A DNA stretch of 64,000 nt from Squalus acanthias (Eukaryota). Positions 43,295 to 54,120 of this stretch are shown in pieces (the first letter of the stretch is position 1; every line of letters begins with the position of its first letter). The notes under the pieces were generated by a model that saw only the letters and a list, made by a program, of their open reading frames with translations, did not search any database and was not told the DNA's origin. Both the position numbers and the translations under genes were made by a program. The DNA lies in assembly GCA_030390025.1 (NCBI GenBank), contig CM059441.1:41788001-41852000 (forward strand), written 5' to 3'.

Positions 43295-44015
43295 AAGGTT
43301 TCCACCTCCGTAACATTGCCCCTGCCTCAGCTCATCTATGCTGAAACTCTCATCCTTGCCTTTGTTACCTTTAGACTTGACTATTCCAACACACCCCTGG
43401 CCAGCCTCCCATCTTCCACCCCCCATAAACTCATTCAAAATTCTGCTGCTCGTATCCCAACTCTCACCAAGTCCCGTTCACCCATCACCCCTGTGCTCGT
43501 TGACCTAAAATGGCTCCCGGTAAAGCAACGCCTTGATTTTAAAATTCTCATCCTTGTTTTCAAATCCCTCCCATGGCCTCATCCTTCCCTATCTCTGTAA
43601 CCTCCTGCAGCCCTACAACCAATGTTCCATGTAGGCTGCGCAGCGCTCCAGGGAACCTGCATAGCCGGCTTGCCGGCTCTTCAATACAAAAACCGCGCAG
43701 GGACAAATAAAATTAGAGGGAACATTGCCTACAACCCTCCGAGATCTCTGCGCTCCTCCAATTCTGGCCTCTTGCGCATCCCCGATTTTAATCGCTCCAC
43801 CATTGGTGGCCGTGCCTTCAACTGCTGAGGCCCTTAGCTCTGGAATTCCCTCCCTAAACCTCTCCACCTCTCTTTCCTCCTTAACCTTAAAACCAACCTC
43901 TTTGACCAAGCTTTTGGTCATCTGCCCTAATATCCCCTTATGTGACTCGAACACTCCTGTGTAGTGCCGTGGGACATTTTACTACATTAAAGGTGCTATA
44001 TAAATGCAAGTTGTT
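43295..44015 (+). mobile_element. L2-clade LINE 3' fragment
   Basis: ORF piece AETLILAFVTFRLDYSN...IQNSAARI...ITPVLVDLKWLPVKQRLDFKIL, typical of the L2 ORF2 C-terminus. Tail gctatataaatgcaag. Confidence 0.85.
43620..43727. mobile_element. 108-bp hAT-type MITE nested in an L2 fragment
   Basis: TIRs CAATGTTCCATGTA / TAGAGGGAACATTG. Perfect 8-bp TSD CCTACAAC at 43612-43619 and 43728-43735. Confidence 0.88.
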
Positions 44016-44632
44016 GGTGGTGGTTCCTAATTGGGACATTATTTTAAGCTACTTTTATGCTATGTAAGAGCTGTGCTAGCACTTCCGGTTCCCAACATAT
44101 GGTACAATTTCCGAATACTTGCATAAAATAGGCATGCTGGTTGCTGTTCATGTGTGTTCCATTGATAGAAGGAAACTCTATCCCATACTTTGTGTGATGA
44201 GGAGAGATCAGACATGAGGAGTAAAAAACCTTTAGCTGGGAAAAGAAACTAAATGCCACAGATCCTAGGGATACATACGTTAGAATGGGAGAGCATGTGC
44301 AGCACTTGTCTGTAATATCATGATATCTTCATATGTGCCCAGCGCATGGCTTCCCCATAACCTATCAAGCCAGGCTATACTCTTACAGGGTGAATGAGTA
44401 TTTATGAAAAGTATTTGTATGTAAACCTAACTTTTTTCTGGTAGGCTATGCAAGGGGAGTGGGAAGTTTTTCACTGACTCATTGTGCATCTTTTGCTCCT
44501 CCTTTGCAAAAAATATGATTGCAGCAGATGTGTGACTGCGCACAGCAGTAAGTGGAAATAAGTGCACTGCTACGTGTATATTTAAATCTGCTTATTCCAT
44601 TCATAAAATAAACATATTTAAATTTCTTGCAG

Positions 44633-44795
44633 TGTGAAATCCTGCTTTCAGAATATGGAGATCTGCAAACGGCGAGTCAACAACTATGAAACGGTAAACC
44701 AGAATAAAAGCCCATTTATTGCACACGTTGCGCCGAACACGAGCACAAACTTGACGATGGCCTTCAATAACCAACTCAACACCATGCACAATCAG
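44633..44795 (+). CDS. HIPK1: HIPK1 coding exon (exon 7 equivalent)
   Basis: tttcttgcAG| ... |GTatga, 163 nt, phase 2-0. (H)[54 protein letters not shown]. Confidence 0.96.
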
Positions 44796-44834
44796 GTATG
44801 AGCCACAAAGTCTGTTGTACATAAAAATGTCTAT

Positions 44835-45205
44835 TTAAACCCAGTTTAGACTGATGGGATAAAAGTCTCCTCCTTCTGCTAGCTATAAGAATCCCATGTG
44901 AAATGAGTTTGGGCAGTCCTAATGCAGTTTCTAGTGGACATGGATTCACGACACACGCATATTTCTAATTTGGCATAGAATTATCAATCTCATGCAGAGT
45001 CCACAGGGTGATTGATGTGGGGAAATAGGGAGAAACAGCGCATTGGTACAGTAGGGGGCTGCTTTTCCAACTTTAAGCTGAGAAACACTGTTTGAACAGA
45101 GTAGAGGGAATGCCAGATACTGACACTGCATCCCAAAAATAGAGAATGCTCCAATCCCCAGCAGTGAAATTACCCACTTTGATGAGCACAATATTGACAA
45201 AAAAG
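44835..45205 (+). mobile_element. LF-SINE-like element
   Basis: atgtgaaatgagtttgggcagtc...cagtttctagtggaca and the 3' end cactttgatgagcacaatattgac+A-run resemble the LF-SINE consensus as I recall it. Confidence 0.55.
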
Positions 45206-45420
45206 CATCCCAAATATGTTTTCTTTTTATATAAAAAAAAATTGAATTGGCAAAGTGCTTCATTAATTTGTAAATTGATGCTCACTCTGCAATTGCAGTG
45301 TGGATCTCCAGTTATTTTATTGCAGTCATATTCTGGAGTTGAACTTTAACCTGCTTAATAACAACAGAAAACGCTGGAAAAACTCAGCAGGCCAGGCAGC
45401 ATCCGTGGAGAGAGAAAGAG

Positions 45421-45457
45421 AGTTGACGTTTCAGGTCGATGACCTTTCATCAGAACT
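45421..45457 (-). ncRNA. Minimal type I hammerhead ribozyme of the PLE
   Basis: Minus strand reads AGTT-CTGATGA-A-AGGTC-ATC-GACCT-GAAAC-GTC-AACT. Intact CUGANGA and GAAA cores, stem II AGGUC/GACCU, stem I AGUU/AACU, GUC triplet, palindromic ACGU stem III as in PLE minimal hammerheads. Confidence 0.85.
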
Positions 45458-45733
45458 GGGAAGAGCTGGAAATCAAATAGATTTAAGGCCAGGGTAAAGC
45501 TGGGAAAAGGGGGAGGGGATAAAGGAACAAAGGAGGAGATGAAGAGACATTAAGAGACATTAAGAGATATGCAAGGCTAGAGGTGGTGTTAATGTGACAG
45601 ATTAAGGCTGAATGAAGTGTGAAATCTACTGGCAGAATGAAGGACAGCTGCCAGCTTCTAGGAGGAAAAAAAAGGTGGGGGGGACAAATAAAAGGGTAGA
45701 TAAAATAAAATATAAATGTGATTGGAGCTGAGG

Positions 45734-47131
45734 TTATGATCTAAAATTGTTGAACTCGATATTGAGTCCAGAGGGCTGTAGCGTGCCTAAACGAAAGATG
45801 AGGTGCTGTTCCTCGAGCTTACGCTGAGCTTCCGTGGAACAGTGTATTAGGCCGAGGACGGTGAGGTCAGAGTGGGAGTGAAGCGGTGAATTAAAGTGAC
45901 AGGCCACCTGGAGCTCGGGGTCCCCCTTACGGACTGAACGGAGGTGTTCCGCAAAGCGGTCACCCAATCTGCGTTTGGTCTCCCCAATGTAGAGGAGTCC
46001 ACATCGTGAGCAGCGAATACAGTATACTAAGTTGCAGGAAGTACAAGTAAATCGCTGTTTCACCTGGAAGGGGTGTTTGGGGCCCTGGACAGTGGGAAGA
46101 GGGGAGGTATAAGGGCATGTGTTGCATCTCCTGCGCGTGCACGGGAAGGTGCCAGGCGAAGGGGAAGGGGTGCTGGGGGTGGTAGAGGAGTGGACTAGGG
46201 TGTCGCGGAGGGAGCGGTCCCTGCGGAATGCTGAAAGGGGAGGTGAGGGGAAGATGTGTTTGATGGTGGGATCACGCTGGAGGTGGCGGAAATGGCGGAG
46301 GATGATCCGTTGAATGTGGAGGCTGGTGGGGTGAAAGGTGAGGACAAGGGGAACCCTATCGTGGTTCCGGGAGGGAGGGGCAGGGGTGAGGGCGGATGTG
46401 CGGGAGATAGAACGGACACGGTCGAGGGCCGTGTCGACCACGGTAGAGGGGAATCCTCGGTTGAGGAAAAAGGAAGACATGTCGGAAGCACTGGTATGGA
46501 AGGTGGCATCATCAGAGCAGATGCGGCGGAGACGGAGAAACTGGGAGAATGGAATAGAGTCCTTACAGGAGGCGGGGTGGGAGGAAGTGTAGTCCAGGTA
46601 GCTGTGGGAGTCGGTGGGCTTGTAGTGAATGTTAGTCAATAACCTATCCCCAGAGATGGAGATGGAGAAGTCGAGGAAGGGAAGAGAAGAGTCGGAGATG
46701 GACCATGTGAAGGTGAGGGAAGGGTGGAAATTGGAAGCATAGTGAATGAAATGTTCTAGTTCAGGGCGAGAGCAGGAGACGGCACCGATACAGTCATCAA
46801 TGTACCGGAAAAAGAGGTGAGGGAGGGGACCCGAGTAGGACTGGAACAAAGAGTGTTCCACATATCCCACGAAAAGGCAGGCATAGCTAGGACCCATGCG
46901 GGTACCCATAGCAACACCTTTAATTTGGTGAGGGAGGGGACCCGAGTAGGACTGGAACAAAGAGTGTTCCACATATCCCACGAAAAGGCAGGCATAGCTA
47001 GGACCCATGCGGGTACCCATAGCAACACCTTTAATTTGGTGAGGGAGGGGACCCGAGTAGGACTGGAACAAAGAGTGTTCCACATATCCCACGAAAAGGC
47101 AGGCATAGCTAGGACCCATGCGGGTACCCAT
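45734..47131 (-). CDS. PLE ORF remnant: RT C-terminal half (QIKGVAMG, FRYIDD), Cys-rich linker and GIY-YIG endonuclease
   Basis: 465-aa ORF with no stops. YIDD catalytic motif, CxxxRCxTC linker, VYCIRCSRCGLLYIGETKRRLGDRFAEH...ACHF...GLN endonuclease. The RT N-terminal motifs are missing, so expression is doubtful. Confidence 0.9.
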   Translation of the reverse strand: MGTRMGPSYACLFVGYVEHSLFQSYSGPLPHQIKGVAMGTRMGPSYACLFVGYVEHSLFQSYSGPLPHQIKGVAMGTRMGPSYACLFVGYVEHSLFQSYSGPLPHLFFRYIDDCIGAVSCSRPELEHFIHYASNFHPSLTFTWSISDSSLPFLDFSISISGDRLLTNIHYKPTDSHSYLDYTSSHPASCKDSIPFSQFLRLRRICSDDATFHTSASDMSSFFLNRGFPSTVVDTALDRVRSISRTSALTPAPPSRNHDRVPLVLTFHPTSLHIQRIILRHFRHLQRDPTIKHIFPSPPLSAFRRDRSLRDTLVHSSTTPSTPSPSPGTFPCTRRRCNTCPYTSPLPTVQGPKHPFQVKQRFTCTSCNLVYCIRCSRCGLLYIGETKRRLGDRFAEHLRSVRKGDPELQVACHFNSPLHSHSDLTVLGLIHCSTEAQRKLEEQHLIFRLGTLQPSGLNIEFNNFRS

Positions 47132-47143
47132 AGCAACACCTTT
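46816..47143 (-). repeat. Perfect tandem repeat, ~3 x 111 bp (37 codons), at the PLE 5' end
   Basis: Units start at 46816, 46927 and 47038 on + (ggtgagggaggggacccgagtagg...). The peptide MGTRMGPSYACLFVGYVEHSLFQSYSGPLPH appears three times. Confidence 0.97.
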
Positions 47144-47348
47144 TAACCTGCTTAGTTGCTTGGACTGTGAAGTGAAAAATCAGCACATGTGTTGTGCTGA
47201 TAATCTAATACCATTTACCATATGAACTGAATCTGATCAGCCCAGTGTGTAAATTGAGATTACATTTCAGGTCTTCCTTGTGTGGCCATAATGTGACCCC
47301 TATAGGAGCTGCAGTATCAATGGGGTGAAGGAGACCTCTTTTATTATT

Positions 47349-47366
47349 TTATATATATATATATAT
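47349..47366. repeat. (TA)n microsatellite
   Basis: Direct read. Confidence 0.85.
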
Positions 47367-48592
47367 CTCCTTTTAATTTCAGCATATCAGCTATTTTGTA
47401 TGAACGTATACAGATAAAGACTTGGATTTTACTTGGCGTTCTATTAATGTAATAATGCTTTATAGTTCTGAGGTATATCCAATGTATCCGCTAAATTTCA
47501 AATTGAAATGGAAGAGAAGGAAAGTAATGAAGGGAGTGAGGAACAGTAAGCAGTAAGAGGAACAAATATTGCATGAGAGAAATGGGTGCAATGGAATATA
47601 CACTGGAAGGAATTGTGACTCCTAGCTATGTGCACTCCGTTCAAAATATAAATGGGCAAGGATCCCTCGGGCTTTAAAAAAAAAATCTTGTAGGTGATGA
47701 TGTAGGTTTAAGTGAGGTTGATGTAACTGAGGAAATTATAACCAATTCTGTCATGGCTAAGGTGTAATAGTATAAAGGTTGTATGTGTAACAGAGGGCAT
47801 AGCTGATTGTTTAATTAGCATGATTTCCTTTCCAGATTAGAAACTAGCATTCTTATTCTATAGCCCATGAAGTAGGGTGGGAGCCCGTTTATGAACCTGT
47901 GCATGAAATAATTTGGCCTTCAATTCAATCAGATTTGATGATGCTATTCCTTTTGTTGAGCCTTACTATGTCTGGAATTCTGTTAGCTTTGATAACTTCT
48001 ATAGTTTATGGTTTTAAAATTGCGTATCATGATTTCGTAGCCAAAAGCAAATATGGAAAAAAAATTAGCAGTAGTGGATATAAACTGCAAACTCGTGAAC
48101 AAAAATGAGGAGAGACAAATCATTCTTGCTTTTTACTCTTGTGGTTTGCCATTGCCTGAACCCATTGAATTTATAAAAGCCTTGTGAAAAGAAGATTGAG
48201 AACCTTGTGCAAGTTTTTCTTCTGCAGTACTCAAGGTTTCGTGTGTCTTCACATAAAGGCATCAGGAAGAATTTGAAGTATATCCAGCTTTATTTTGAAT
48301 TACTTATGCCAAATAACAATAGTGAAAAGGTGAAGTCTTAAGAGCTGTATTGGGAGAATTGATTTTGTGCAATATTCCTTTTAATCTTTGAAGAAAAGAC
48401 TATATGTGAGGTACCCACGCCTGTTCTTTAGATATATTGTAATTGTTACATTGATTATAGATATAATCTTTGTGCTTTTTTAACTGAACCAATCTACTTG
48501 TATTTTATTAGATTTTTAAAAATCCCAAGCAAGTGTGGCACATTTTATTCTATTGTTATACCTATAATTTGATAATTGAATTCTCTCTTTAG

Positions 48593-48812
48593 GCCAACAC
48601 CCTGGCTTCTACCTCCACAGCTGCAACCCTTTCACTGTCCAGTGCCGATGTATCTCTGCTTAATTATCAATCTGCACTCTACCAGCCTACAGCGGCACCT
48701 GTAGCAGGCGTTGCACAAGCAAGCATGCCTCTGCAGGCTGGAACAACGCAGCTGTGTGCACAGGCTGACCCCTTCCAGCAAGCCCTCATTGTGTGTCCAC
48801 CAGCATTTCAAG
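48593..48812 (+). CDS. HIPK1: HIPK1 coding exon (exon 8 equivalent), homeodomain-interaction region
   Basis: ctctctttAG| ... |GTaagt, 220 nt. [73 protein letters not shown](G). Confidence 0.95.
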
Positions 48813-50121
48813 GTAAGTGACTTCTCTCTCTCTTGTAGAAATGACAGAGTCTTGGGCCTCCTGTGAAATCTGAATGCCTTCCCATTTCCCTTTGTGCTTT
48901 TCACACATTCAGAGTGCCAAGTTCATAGGATAACATTAGTCTAATGGTTTTTAAACAAGTGTGTGTCTGTGGACTGTTCTTTGTTTGGATTCCCATTTCC
49001 TTTTGTCGGCCCAGGTAAATCCCTTTTCTAGGAAGCCTTCTGTTTGGCTCAGTTTGGGAATGCCTCAGCCCTGTGATCAGTAGTGGACTGTACTTCTACG
49101 AGCGATTATTGGTATCCATTGTGTTTGTTAGCTGCTTTTCAAATTGGTTTACATGATGTAATATAACAGCAATTTTGGATTTGCTAATCTGACTGGAAAA
49201 TATTTTAATCTAGCAGCTGACTAAAATTAACAATTTTGGTCCACTACTGGCACCTTACCGCTTGAATTTCTTTTGACTAGGTTCAGCTAGATATCGAATC
49301 CTTTGCGTAGTTTCCGTGTAGGCACTGTGATTTATGAGCCTCTAGGTTGAGCGCAAAGGTTGAGGAATGTTGAAGTAAAGTAGAGAAAAGGCATTAAAGG
49401 GGAGAGAGAGAAAGAGTTGATGGAATTTGCGGAGAGCTGCAAAGAAGCACCAAGAACAGTTGGGGAATAATCAAGGTAGAGAAAAACTAGTAATTGTAGA
49501 ATAAACTCCTTTTGTATCTATGGATTGAAACTACTTAGTGAGCTTGAAGCATAACCGTATAGGTGAGGCTTGGTAGTATGCGGCAGCGTCTGAATCCACT
49601 GTTAGGATATTTAAATTCACTTTTTCTGTTACTGTTTGGGGAGCTTAAGTAGAAAATTAAGTGAGATAATGTTTAAGTTTATAAATTTCTGACTAAAATG
49701 GGAGGGTCCTACAACCTTAATAATTACTGTTGGTTTTTTCCCTTCCCCCCCCCCCCCCCTCCATCCAAACAACAAAAAAAATATCTCTGGTCAGGAGAAC
49801 GGGCACTAAACTGTTCCCAAGCTTCAGTATTGACTTTTGGACTGGCCATTTGATAGTGTGTAATAATCATCTATGAGGACTGGATTTGCACCTTTCATTT
49901 GGCTGAGATCAAGGATTGCTGTGTGGGTGGAAAATCAGCATCCAACCACCATTCTGCTACCCTGTTATGCTACACGGCTTACAACCTTGATGAAATATTC
50001 CTGCTTGCACTTTTAAAATAAAAGCGTTTAACCTTTACAGTTCCTTTCGAGAATTTCTTTTCCACAAGCCAACTTTTGAAATGACCTAAAAACATGTTCT
50101 GCTGTATGCTTTTATTGACAG

Positions 50122-50240
50122 GGCTGCAAGCAACTGCAAAACATTCTGGCTTTTCTGTTAGAGTGGAGAATGCAGTGCCCATTGTACCACAGGCACCAGC
50201 TGCACAGTCAATTCAGATTCAGCCCGGTGTTCTCGCTCAG
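50122..50240 (+). CDS. HIPK1: HIPK1 coding exon (exon 9 equivalent)
   Basis: tttattgacAG| ... |GTaagt, 119 nt, phase 1-0. (G)[39 protein letters not shown]. Confidence 0.95.
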
Positions 50241-53169
50241 GTAAGTGGCTGACCAGTCTATTTTAAATTGAGTTTTGTTTCTTGTGCTTCAAATCCTGAA
50301 GTTAGTAACTCTTGCTGGGCTCCTCCAGGGGCTGGCATCTCCCTTGCCTCAGTAGTCATACTTCATAAGGGTTGAGTGTCAGCAGCAGTCATAAACAATA
50401 ATCAGGAGTGGAGACCCTAGGTAATTTTCCACCCCTACGCAACACTCTTTCATTTGTCTCCCAACCAAGGGACGTGGAGACTAATCTCGATGCCTTGTTT
50501 AAAACCGCAGATTTAACCCTTTCAAATCTGCAATTTTTTGTAAAAATTGCCTATGTGGTAGCTGCATTAATGAAGATCAGGGTTGCTTAAAACATCTGAT
50601 TTACATTTCAGCAGAAATGCCACTTATCCAAAGATAGTTGAGAATGTTAAGTACATTTTACAGGTGAAAGTAACTGCAGAGGTCTTGTTTTTTTTTTCTA
50701 CTCTTCTCCCCAAAACATTGGCTTTTTACTGGACTACAATTTCACCAATGCAGTACTTTGCCCAAGTGGCCTTTATTCGTGGTTGAGCTTTGACATATAG
50801 TGTCAAGCAAGCTATTCGACCACTGGGGCTGTCGTAGCCAGGCCCTATTCTGTCCGGCAGGAGAACAGAGGGAGCCGTGGTAGATTCTCGAGGGGCACTG
50901 AGGCCAGTAGTAGCACCCTACCACTGTCTTGCTAAAATCAGTTAACTCGAGATTGAAACTGGGACCATATGGTTTGCATTCATCAGAGCATTCCCTGGTT
51001 AAATTTGTTGAGCCATCGAGGGAATGCAGGTGTCAAATGTTTTTCTCATATTGATATTGTGGTGTTGACGTTTGCATAGATTGATATGTTGTTGAAAAGA
51101 GAATGTTTAGATAATCCTTAAATCTCTCAAATTACAGAACAAATTTTTGTTGATGTGAAGATTGTGGCAGCTATATAAACCTTTTTACCAATCTTAAAAT
51201 TCTACTGACTTGGCAGAAACAAATCAAATCATTGCAATGCCAGCTGCAACTTTGATTTTATATTGTTGGGTGTTTACACCAATAAGTGAAAGATAAGTTG
51301 AAATGGCTCCAAAACTTTAAAAAATAAATGACTTGTATCAAATGTGTTAAGTGAAAAGATGCAGATGAGAGTATGCTAACTGCAGAGGCAAGGAGAGAAC
51401 GCAGACAATAATTTAAACAAAAGCTAAACTTAATTTTGAGGATTCTTTTGGATGTGAATAACTTTTAGGGTAGAGAAAATTTAAAAAAATTATTTTTGCA
51501 AAAGTAGCTTGAAAGCTCCAAAACCGATAACTGCATTCCATATAACCTACAAATACTTTCATTTACATAGTGTCTTACCATGCTAAATCATTTCGGAGCA
51601 CTTCATACAGTGAATTACGTTAGAGTACAGTAGTGACTGCTGTTTTTATGCCCAAGATTTCCATTTTAATTCACTTACTGGTGCAAAAACATTTTGCTAA
51701 AAACTCTGGTGTGTTTTCACTACGGCCTAATTTCTGTCTGTTCATATGTGACTTAAAGGCGGTTTTAAATCAGTAGGTGTAAGTAAAGTAAAAAATCATT
51801 TGGTATGACAACAGTTTTATTAAACTTGTCCACATAGAGCCAACAATGAGCACTTTTTGCATCAAGTGTAGCTGTTGTTAAAAACCAACTAAAACCACAG
51901 AGCTACTTTCCTTGAATCACTGTATAAGTATCTAATTGTCCAAGCTAGTAGCCTTAACTTGAAACTGTATCTATAATCGTCAAAGCATATAGCTGTGCCA
52001 CTGGTGTTGCGTTGGGGTTTAGGGTTGGGTTGCTGAAGTTGTTCACAGTTGAGGCATCTTTTTACCCATACTATTTATTTCAGATTTTTGCATCTGATTT
52101 ACATATTGCCTCAGTGGAAACGTGCTGTGGAAATTCTGAGAAAAATCGCCACCCATTTTTGAATCCCTGTTCAGTCTCTATGTAAACAGTAATGCAACCT
52201 TGCTTGGCTCCATGTGGACACAATTCTGCAATTTGAGATTGATCTGTAGTGCAGTGATTCAGTACCATCCAGAGCAGGGACCCATATAATGAAACCTGGT
52301 AACAAAAGTTTTGGCCACAAATGATTGTAATCAATCAGGGAATGTCTTGCTAGCTACTAATTCTCTTTCTTTTCACTCTAGGATTGTTGGAATTTGGAAT
52401 AAATAACACTTTTTTTTTACAGTGTTGGAAAATGTAATTTTGTAATTGTCGAGTGAACTCTTCATAGCTTTGAAAGCCTTATTGCTAAAGGATTAAAGGA
52501 TAAACATTTCTGTCCAAGATTTTGAGACCTGCCTTACAGCAGTGCTGTCCTGGTTTCATAATTTTGTTGGGGGGGGAAATATAAAACTTAAAAAAAAAAA
52601 GCAGAAGCAAGAGTGTTTCTGTTCGCAGTAATGTAGATACAACCTTAGCTGTTGCTTTTTAAAGCTATGATGGGGATCCTTTTTTCTTTTACTTGCAGTT
52701 GGCAGTGTCCCTTTTTGTATGCCTGACTAGAATGTGTATCAAACCCACTTTAACATCAAATCTAATATTGATGCTAGTCACAGTTATTTGTATTTGTTTC
52801 TAAAATAAATGAGGGTATAGCTTTTCAATGCGTTTTGTCAAATTCAGTGGGCTAGGTGGCTGTGTACTAGTATTTGTCTCTCCTTCCCCCCCCACCCCAC
52901 CCCCAACATTTTGGGGCCGAGACTTAAATCTGACCAAAGACAAATGGGGTAAGAGATGGAATGTTGGAAGAGGCTTCAGTAAAACAAGTCTGAGTAATCT
53001 GAACTTCATTCCTGATTCACTTGACATGCACAGTACTGCCTCTGTTAAATTTCATTTTGCCAAAAGACGAAACCTGATTTTTTTTCATGCTATTCAGGGC
53101 ATCAAAAAGGGACGCTGCAGATTTGAGAACTAATGTACCATATAACTGACTCCCACCCCCCCATTACAG

Positions 53170-53304
53170 GGCAGCTGCACACCGCTGATGGTGGCCACTC
53201 TACATCCTCACGTTGCCACTGTTGCTCCGCAGTATGCGGTCCCTTTTACCCTGAACTGCGCAGCCGGCCGGCCTGCGCTGGTCGATCAGACGACCACAGT
53301 ACTG
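53170..53304 (+). CDS. HIPK1: HIPK1 coding exon (exon 10 equivalent), symmetric 135-nt exon
   Basis: cccccattacAG| ... |GTaaat, phase 0-0. [45 protein letters not shown], matching the HIPK1 [15 protein letters not shown]...[10 protein letters not shown] segment that I recall is absent from HIPK2. Confidence 0.94.
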
Positions 53305-53959
53305 GTAAATGCTCCCACTTGGTGTGATTCTGTGCACTAACAGATGCTCCTCTGAGGCTGCTGCAGAGGAACGGAAGCATGTATCATTGTGTGCCTTCTT
53401 ATATATTTTCCACGTCATTGGACGTCTCCTCTGTCTTACTCTTTTGAACAATCTGGATGATGGAACAAGTTATACTTGAGAACAAAACACTCAACATTTC
53501 TAAAAGGCTCAAATTCTAGTGACATGGTTGGGGATGAAGGGAGTGGAAAGTAACTTTCACTACCAATTGACTATTTACGTTTCATTCATGGTTCATCAAC
53601 CAGACAAATGTAAAACTGTTTGAGGACTGATATGGTGGCATATAAATACAATTGTGCCTAACTGTATCTATGTCCCCTAGGGAAATCATGTGAAAGGTTA
53701 ACAGCAGCTGCCAGATCTTTTCACCTACTTCAAACCAGATTGAGTTAATCTATGTCCAGAAATAAGGTGGAAGAGAGGGAGGGAATGATTCAGTCCACAG
53801 AATAGTATTATAGTTTTCCTTGATGACACATAGAGCATTTCAGGGAACATTAGTACCGTTATGTGGATTCTGCTAGATAGAGCTAAGCAATTTTAACAGT
53901 AGATCAGGAGTTATTGGCATCTCTTGCCTTCTTCCCCCGTCTCCACAGTGTTCAAAGCC

Positions 53960-54120
53960 TGTGGGGAAGCTAGATAAGCACATGAGGGAGAAAGGAATAG
54001 AAGGATATGCTGATGGGGTTGGATGAAAAGAGGTGGGAGGAGGCTCCTGTGGAGCATAAATGTCGGCATAGACCAGTTGGGCCGAATGGCCTGTTTCTGT
54101 GCTGTAAATTCTATGTAATT
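53960..54120 (+). mobile_element. CR1 3' tail
   Basis: gaccagttgggccgaatggcctgtttctgtgctgtaaattctatg. Confidence 0.75.

Larger units (their letters stand above)
45358..47141 (-). mobile_element. 5'-truncated Penelope-like retroelement (Neptune-type), young insertion antisense to HIPK1
   Basis: 13-bp TSD TTTAACCTGCTTA at 45345-45357 and 47142-47154. Contains an uninterrupted RT + GIY-YIG ORF, retains CpGs, and has a hammerhead ribozyme in the 3' region. Confidence 0.95.

Noticed and set aside
46816-47143. Tandem repeat as a CRISPR array or repeat-protein gene
   Set aside because: The units are identical with no spacers, and they are a duplicated piece of PLE RT coding sequence in a eukaryotic intron.
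46119-47146. Overlapping + strand and alternative-frame ORFs in the PLE
   Set aside because: Shadow ORFs of a GC-rich coding sequence and its tandem repeat.
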